This document shows, one piece after another, positions 53,896-58,258 of a stretch of 58,258 nt of DNA (the first letter of the stretch is position 1; each line of letters begins with the position of its first letter). Origin of the DNA: a virus. Lineage: Duplodnaviria > Caudoviricetes. Location of the stretch: positions 1 through 58,258 of the IMG/VR virus record IMGVR_UViG_3300046003_002580; one strand, 5' to 3'. The position numbers and the translations under genes were made by a program. The notes beneath the pieces are model-generated. The model did no database searches, was not told the origin of the DNA, and saw only the letters and a program-made list of their open reading frames with translations.

Positions 53896-54855
53896 ATGAA
53901 AGCAATTAAATTATCCTTAATCACAATCGCAGTGGCAATGGCCTTGGCCGGCTGTTCAACTGTTCGCCCATTAGGCAACACCAAGAACAACGAAGAAGCC
54001 ACAGTTTCAAACACTATCAACAAGAGTTTTGGTAATGTTCCTGCACCAGCAGGCCCAGCAGTCACCGTGGCAGTATATGGATTCAAAGACCTAACAGGAC
54101 AGCGTAAGCCTAGCTCAACACTCAGTTTGTTTTCAACAGCAGTTACACAGGGTGCAGAAGCATACCTAATGAAGAGTCTACAAGAAGTTGGCAACCGTCA
54201 ATGGTTCACAGTGGTTGAGCGTGTTGGCCTAGACAACTTGTTGAAAGAACGCCAGATGATCAAACAGACTCGTGAGATCTATGATGGTGCTAATGCTAAA
54301 ATGCTACCTCCACTACAGATGGCAGGTGTTATTCTAGAAGGTGGCATTATTGACTATAATTCAAATACCCTAACAGGTGGCACAGGTGCTAGGATATTTG
54401 GTATTGGAGCGCAGACTGCCTACACACAAGATGTGGTAGTTATCAGCTTACGATTGGTAAGCGTACAAACTGGTGAAGTGCTTACCACAGTAACCGTGGA
54501 GAAGAACTTGCTCAGTACCGCCGATGGCGCCACAGCGTTGAAGTTCTTCAACCAAGCTACACAAGCATTTGAGTTTGACTCTAGCCAAACATTCAACGAA
54601 CCAGGAAACTATGCACTGCGTTCAGCTATTGAAACAGCAGTTATTGAGTTGATTAATAAGGGTGAGCGTAATGGCTTGTGGAAATTCAAGGAGAAATCTA
54701 ATGAGTTGGTTCAAACACAAGCCCCGGCCAAAGACGCAGCCAAAGCTACATCCACACCATCACAGCCCGATAGCAGAAAAGATAATGGAGCAGAAAAAAC
54801 TCCAATATCGGGGGCAGTTGACGCAAACGGAAACCCAATCCGATCAGGAAATTAA
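53896..54855 (+). CDS. csgG: Curli secretion channel CsgG
   Basis: Lipobox LAGC; VAVY-x-F-x-D-x-TGQRKP, STAVTQG, WF-x-VVER-x-GL-x-NLL-x-ERQ, EGGII-x-Y. Confidence 0.93.
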   Translation: MKAIKLSLITIAVAMALAGCSTVRPLGNTKNNEEATVSNTINKSFGNVPAPAGPAVTVAVYGFKDLTGQRKPSSTLSLFSTAVTQGAEAYLMKSLQEVGNRQWFTVVERVGLDNLLKERQMIKQTREIYDGANAKMLPPLQMAGVILEGGIIDYNSNTLTGGTGARIFGIGAQTAYTQDVVVISLRLVSVQTGEVLTTVTVEKNLLSTADGATALKFFNQATQAFEFDSSQTFNEPGNYALRSAIETAVIELINKGERNGLWKFKEKSNELVQTQAPAKDAAKATSTPSQPDSRKDNGAEKTPISGAVDANGNPIRSGN

Positions 54856-54882
54856 AATAACTCACAAGGTTAGGAGAACATA

Positions 54883-55671
54883 ATGAAACAAACAATTATA
54901 ACAATATTACTTGCAGCGGCATTTCCAGTAATGGCCCAGACCGCTGTGTCGGCTCCAAGTGCGCCTGTGATTCCAAACATGGTCACAGTTAGCCCTAACG
55001 CAATAGCTGCCTTGGCCATTGCTACAACTAACAAGATCTTCATTGATCAGAGCGGCGACAATCCCAATGTCAACATGACACAAGAGGGCACAGGCAATGC
55101 TGCCGGAAGTGGTGGCCGTCCTGTGTACCTACGCGGTATCGATCAAATCATTGTTACCCGTCAGATTGGTATTAACAATGACATTAGTCTAGAAGCAGTT
55201 AATGATACAACAGGCTCAAGCAAAGGTGTTAATATCACCATTCAACAGATTGGCGATAGCAACAGAGTCGACGCTGCCTGCGGATATGGTACAGCATCAG
55301 CAGGTGGAACAGCCCTGACAGGTTGTAATGCTGCTGACCTAAACTGGATGTTTACTGGCGATAGCAACGACTTTCAATTCCGTGGAACAGGCGACGACCT
55401 AAAGAGCGCAGTTGATGTCACAGGTAACAGCAACCTTTTCCGTATTGACGCCATTGGTGACAAGCACAGTCAAACTATCAAAGTGGTAGGTGATACCAAT
55501 ACATTTGATATCAACCAACGCTCAACAGGTGCTGCTGGATCCAGCGTTTGGGTAGACTTAACAGGCAACAGTAATACTTTTACCATAAGTCAGACTGGTA
55601 CTATTGACAGTGTTGTTAATATCAAGAGCGTGTCCAACTCAGGCATGTTCAATATAACGCAAAGAAACTAA
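54883..55671 (+). CDS. Curlin-like secreted protein
   Basis: Signal peptide; repeated Q/x-x-G-x-x-N strands (IDQSGDN, QQIGDSN, TGNSN). Confidence 0.7.
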   Translation: MKQTIITILLAAAFPVMAQTAVSAPSAPVIPNMVTVSPNAIAALAIATTNKIFIDQSGDNPNVNMTQEGTGNAAGSGGRPVYLRGIDQIIVTRQIGINNDISLEAVNDTTGSSKGVNITIQQIGDSNRVDAACGYGTASAGGTALTGCNAADLNWMFTGDSNDFQFRGTGDDLKSAVDVTGNSNLFRIDAIGDKHSQTIKVVGDTNTFDINQRSTGAAGSSVWVDLTGNSNTFTISQTGTIDSVVNIKSVSNSGMFNITQRN

Positions 55672-55680
55672 GGGGGCAAC

Positions 55681-56853
55681 ATGAGAGTTGCCTCTCTTAT
55701 CATCGGCTTATTAGTAGCTGGTTCAGCCTGGGCGGAAATCGGTTCAGTTACCGAGGCATCAGGTACGGCTATCATTAAGCGTGGTAAAGACACTATTCAA
55801 ATTGCCAAAGGCACGCAGATAAAGGTCAACGACAAAGTTGAAACCAAGAACGGAAAAGTCAAGATCGTTTTTAAAGACGATACAAATGTCACTGTTACTG
55901 AGTCAAGTAGCCTTGTTATTGACGACTTCGTTTATGATCCTAAAAGCGGAGCTGGCAAGTTGGGACTCAAAGCCGCAGCCGGCACAGTCCGTTATGTGTC
56001 AGGAAGCATTGCCAAAGATCCCAAGAACGTAAAAATCAACACACCCACAGCGGCCATTGCTGTTCGTGGCACTGACTTTGTCATGGCTGTGAGCGAAACC
56101 GGCGCCAGCATGATCATGCTGATGCCACGTTGTGAAATAGAACAAAATGTAAACCTTAAAGGTCTTACCTGTGGCAGTGGTGCTATTGATGTGGAAACAC
56201 CAGCAGGTATCGTTAAGTTGAATCGTCCTTATCAAGCTACTTTAGTCGAAACACTAAATGGCATGCCTAGTCCTGCTGTTGTCGTTGCTCTTAACGGTAT
56301 GGCCATTGGCAACAATCTAATGGTTAATCCGCCACGAACAACTACCGGCCTAAATGTAATTGCTGCTGCTCGCGCCGCCGCAGTGGCCACTGGCGATGCT
56401 AAAAAGTCAGATAACAAAGACAAGAAAGAAGATAAAGAAGACAAGGATGATGCCAAGGAAGAACGACAACAAGCTGCCAACAAAGAAGGTGGCAATGCTC
56501 GCGCATCAAAGCAGGGCCGCAGCGCCAATGAAGGTGATGAAGATCCCGAGAACAGAACTAAGGTTGGTCTAGATACAGCTGGAAATAAAGATGCACTAGT
56601 TAATGATGTAGCCGCAGTCAGTGACACTGAAAATCCTTATGTTAAAAAATTATGGAAAGACAAGAGCGAAACACAACAGGTAGGCTGGATGTATGAAAGT
56701 CTAAGTCCTAACAGTCGCAACTATGCCAATGTGGTTATGCCTATCAATACACAGGTGCAGGTCACAGTAACTCAGGACATGCAGACTAACAGTTGGAACT
56801 TTAGCAGTGGTAAAGCAGTGGGGCAGATTGTTATCAATCAGAACTTTAGATAA
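55681..56853 (+). CDS. FecR-domain secreted protein
   Basis: Signal peptide; F-x-D-x-T...LVIDDFVYDP...G-x-VRYVSG...TPTA-x-I-x-VRGTDF. Confidence 0.85.
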   Translation: MRVASLIIGLLVAGSAWAEIGSVTEASGTAIIKRGKDTIQIAKGTQIKVNDKVETKNGKVKIVFKDDTNVTVTESSSLVIDDFVYDPKSGAGKLGLKAAAGTVRYVSGSIAKDPKNVKINTPTAAIAVRGTDFVMAVSETGASMIMLMPRCEIEQNVNLKGLTCGSGAIDVETPAGIVKLNRPYQATLVETLNGMPSPAVVVALNGMAIGNNLMVNPPRTTTGLNVIAAARAAAVATGDAKKSDNKDKKEDKEDKDDAKEERQQAANKEGGNARASKQGRSANEGDEDPENRTKVGLDTAGNKDALVNDVAAVSDTENPYVKKLWKDKSETQQVGWMYESLSPNSRNYANVVMPINTQVQVTVTQDMQTNSWNFSSGKAVGQIVINQNFR

Positions 56854-56857
56854 TGAT

Positions 56858-56950
56858 ATGGATGAAGAATACATTTTTCAATTGGTATGTGGTGCTTTAA
56901 CAGTGGTATCACTAATTGGATTAGCGTGTTATATAATTTTTATAAGATGA
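56858..56950 (+). CDS. 30-aa single-TM peptide (not in the ORF track)
   Basis: MDEEYIFQLVCGALTVVSLIGLACYIIFIR; ATGA-coupled to the next gene. Confidence 0.45.
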   Translation: MDEEYIFQLVCGALTVVSLIGLACYIIFIR

Positions 56951-58258
56951 AAAAGATATTTTTATTGTTATTGTTGTTATGCTCAAATGCTTTTGGTCAA
57001 GCAGGGTTTGAAACAGGAAATTTAAATGGCTGGACCACGTCCGGTGGTGATGTAACTGCTAGCCAGGCATTGACAAACTTCTCAGCAGGTGGCGGAAAAA
57101 CTTGGACTATCAATCCTTATGGCACTTGGATGGGTAAACTATTTCCGTCGGGCAATGTTCAATTTAATAGTGCTACAACAAGTCTAGGTCTAAACTCTAC
57201 AGAAAATACTGCTATTAGACAGTTTATGAATACAAATGCCGGTGGTGGAGATCCAACACCTACTAACGCCAGCTGGATGAAAAGAACAATGACATTGACA
57301 GCAGGAACATCATATTCTTTTGCTTGGAACTACCTAAGCACCGACTATACTCCGTTCAACGATGGATCTATGGTCACACTGGTTCATTCTACCAATGGCA
57401 GCATTACCCCCACACTAAACAACAGCCAACAACGCTACGGCCTATTAGGATTTACCAACCCTGGTACAGGTAACTACTCAACTGATAGTTATGGCAGCAC
57501 AGGTTGGCAACGAGTAACATTCACTGTTCCCGAAACAGGAGATTATGTATTGGGATTTGCCACGTTTAATCTAGGTGATACAGCACTGAGCCCTATGTTG
57601 TTTGTTGATGAGATACAAGGAACAACATTATTAAACGGATCTTCATTTGCGCCTGTTGAACCAAACGCCGGAAGTAATGTTCCAACTGCGGGCGGTGGTG
57701 GCGCAGTTGAACCTACATGGCCAGCAACCAGTGATATCACTGCTGGACAGACTACACAAAAAAATTCTGCCAAGGGTCGTGTTGCTAACATACTGTTAGG
57801 CAACTATGTTTATATTGATCAAAAGATCGGCAGTAGTGGCAATACAGTGACTATTGAACAAACCGGCAACTATAACAAAATAGCAGGTATAGGTGGCACA
57901 GAGTATGCCATCATCAATGGCGATAACAATACTGTCAACATCAAACAAGGTGACACACTAGGTAAGAACTTGATTGAGTTTAACGTAGTAGGCAACACAA
58001 ATAACATTACTCTATGGCAAGCACGTAATCCCACAACAGGCCTACAGGATGGCAGTGAGAGTGGCGGACACTATATGGGCTTAAACATAAATGGCAGCAC
58101 CAACACTCTAAGTCTAAAACAAAGCAATGATGGCGGCACTACCAGCGGACACTTTGCCTACGTTGACATCACAGGCAATAACAATCAAGGAACACTGAAA
58201 CAGAGTGGCAATGGTGAGAAAACATTCTTTGGTATAGTCAACGGTAATACTAACATAT
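56947..58258 (+). CDS. Secreted protein: jelly-roll/lectin-like domain fused to curlin-like repeats (3' truncated)
   Basis: Frame open to the window end; signal peptide, GFETGNLNGW...STGWQRVTF, then IEQTGNYN, INGDNN, VVGNTN, ITGNNN. Confidence 0.75.
   Translation, partial: MKKIFLLLLLLCSNAFGQAGFETGNLNGWTTSGGDVTASQALTNFSAGGGKTWTINPYGTWMGKLFPSGNVQFNSATTSLGLNSTENTAIRQFMNTNAGGGDPTPTNASWMKRTMTLTAGTSYSFAWNYLSTDYTPFNDGSMVTLVHSTNGSITPTLNNSQQRYGLLGFTNPGTGNYSTDSYGSTGWQRVTFTVPETGDYVLGFATFNLGDTALSPMLFVDEIQGTTLLNGSSFAPVEPNAGSNVPTAGGGGAVEPTWPATSDITAGQTTQKNSAKGRVANILLGNYVYIDQKIGSSGNTVTIEQTGNYNKIAGIGGTEYAIINGDNNTVNIKQGDTLGKNLIEFNVVGNTNNITLWQARNPTTGLQDGSESGGHYMGLNINGSTNTLSLKQSNDGGTTSGHFAYVDITGNNNQGTLKQSGNGEKTFFGIVNGNTNI

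Noticed and set aside
1-58258. Bacterial chromosome origin or stop-codon recoding
   Set aside because: Dense phage-type genes, PAAR and late promoters indicate a phage; genes read intact in code 11

Overview
Fragment of a large T4-like (myovirus-type) dsDNA phage genome, probably aquatic and infecting a Proteobacterium (betaproteobacterial-looking RNR, DnaK and DUF3563, tmRNA tag ending FALAA; the host assignment is inference). The left ~10 kb is a minus-strand block of small early genes with consensus sigma70 promoters, a DNA ligase, an HNH gene and an array of MNERI...FGVEE mini-genes joined by a shared junction sequence. The rest is mostly plus strand, with many genes behind a TAAATA late-type promoter: virion/morphogenesis proteins, class Ia RNR and a very rich host-like set. 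That set covers proteostasis (clpP, clpS, dnaK, hsp20, a circularly permuted tmRNA, bS21, cspA), redox and metals (SOD-like, IscU, IscA, glutaredoxin, AhpC/AhpD, a metallothionein-like peptide), tetrapyrroles (ALA synthase, heme oxygenase, PcyX-like bilin reductase), lipids (PlcP-like, GT2, desaturase) and the envelope (PBP, SleB, porin, DUF4214, lipoproteins, a curli-like csgF-csgG-curlin-FecR-curlin operon). Most notable: a two-piece tmRNA with a 28-aa tag and a peptide-coding spacer, the curli/FecR operon, several structured intergenic RNAs, a methyltransferase cassette between identical terminators, and candidate host operators/thermometers (OxyR, PhoB, CRP-family, PhaR, ROSE-like) each sitting before a functionally matching gene. 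All calls are by eye from motifs; no database search was run.
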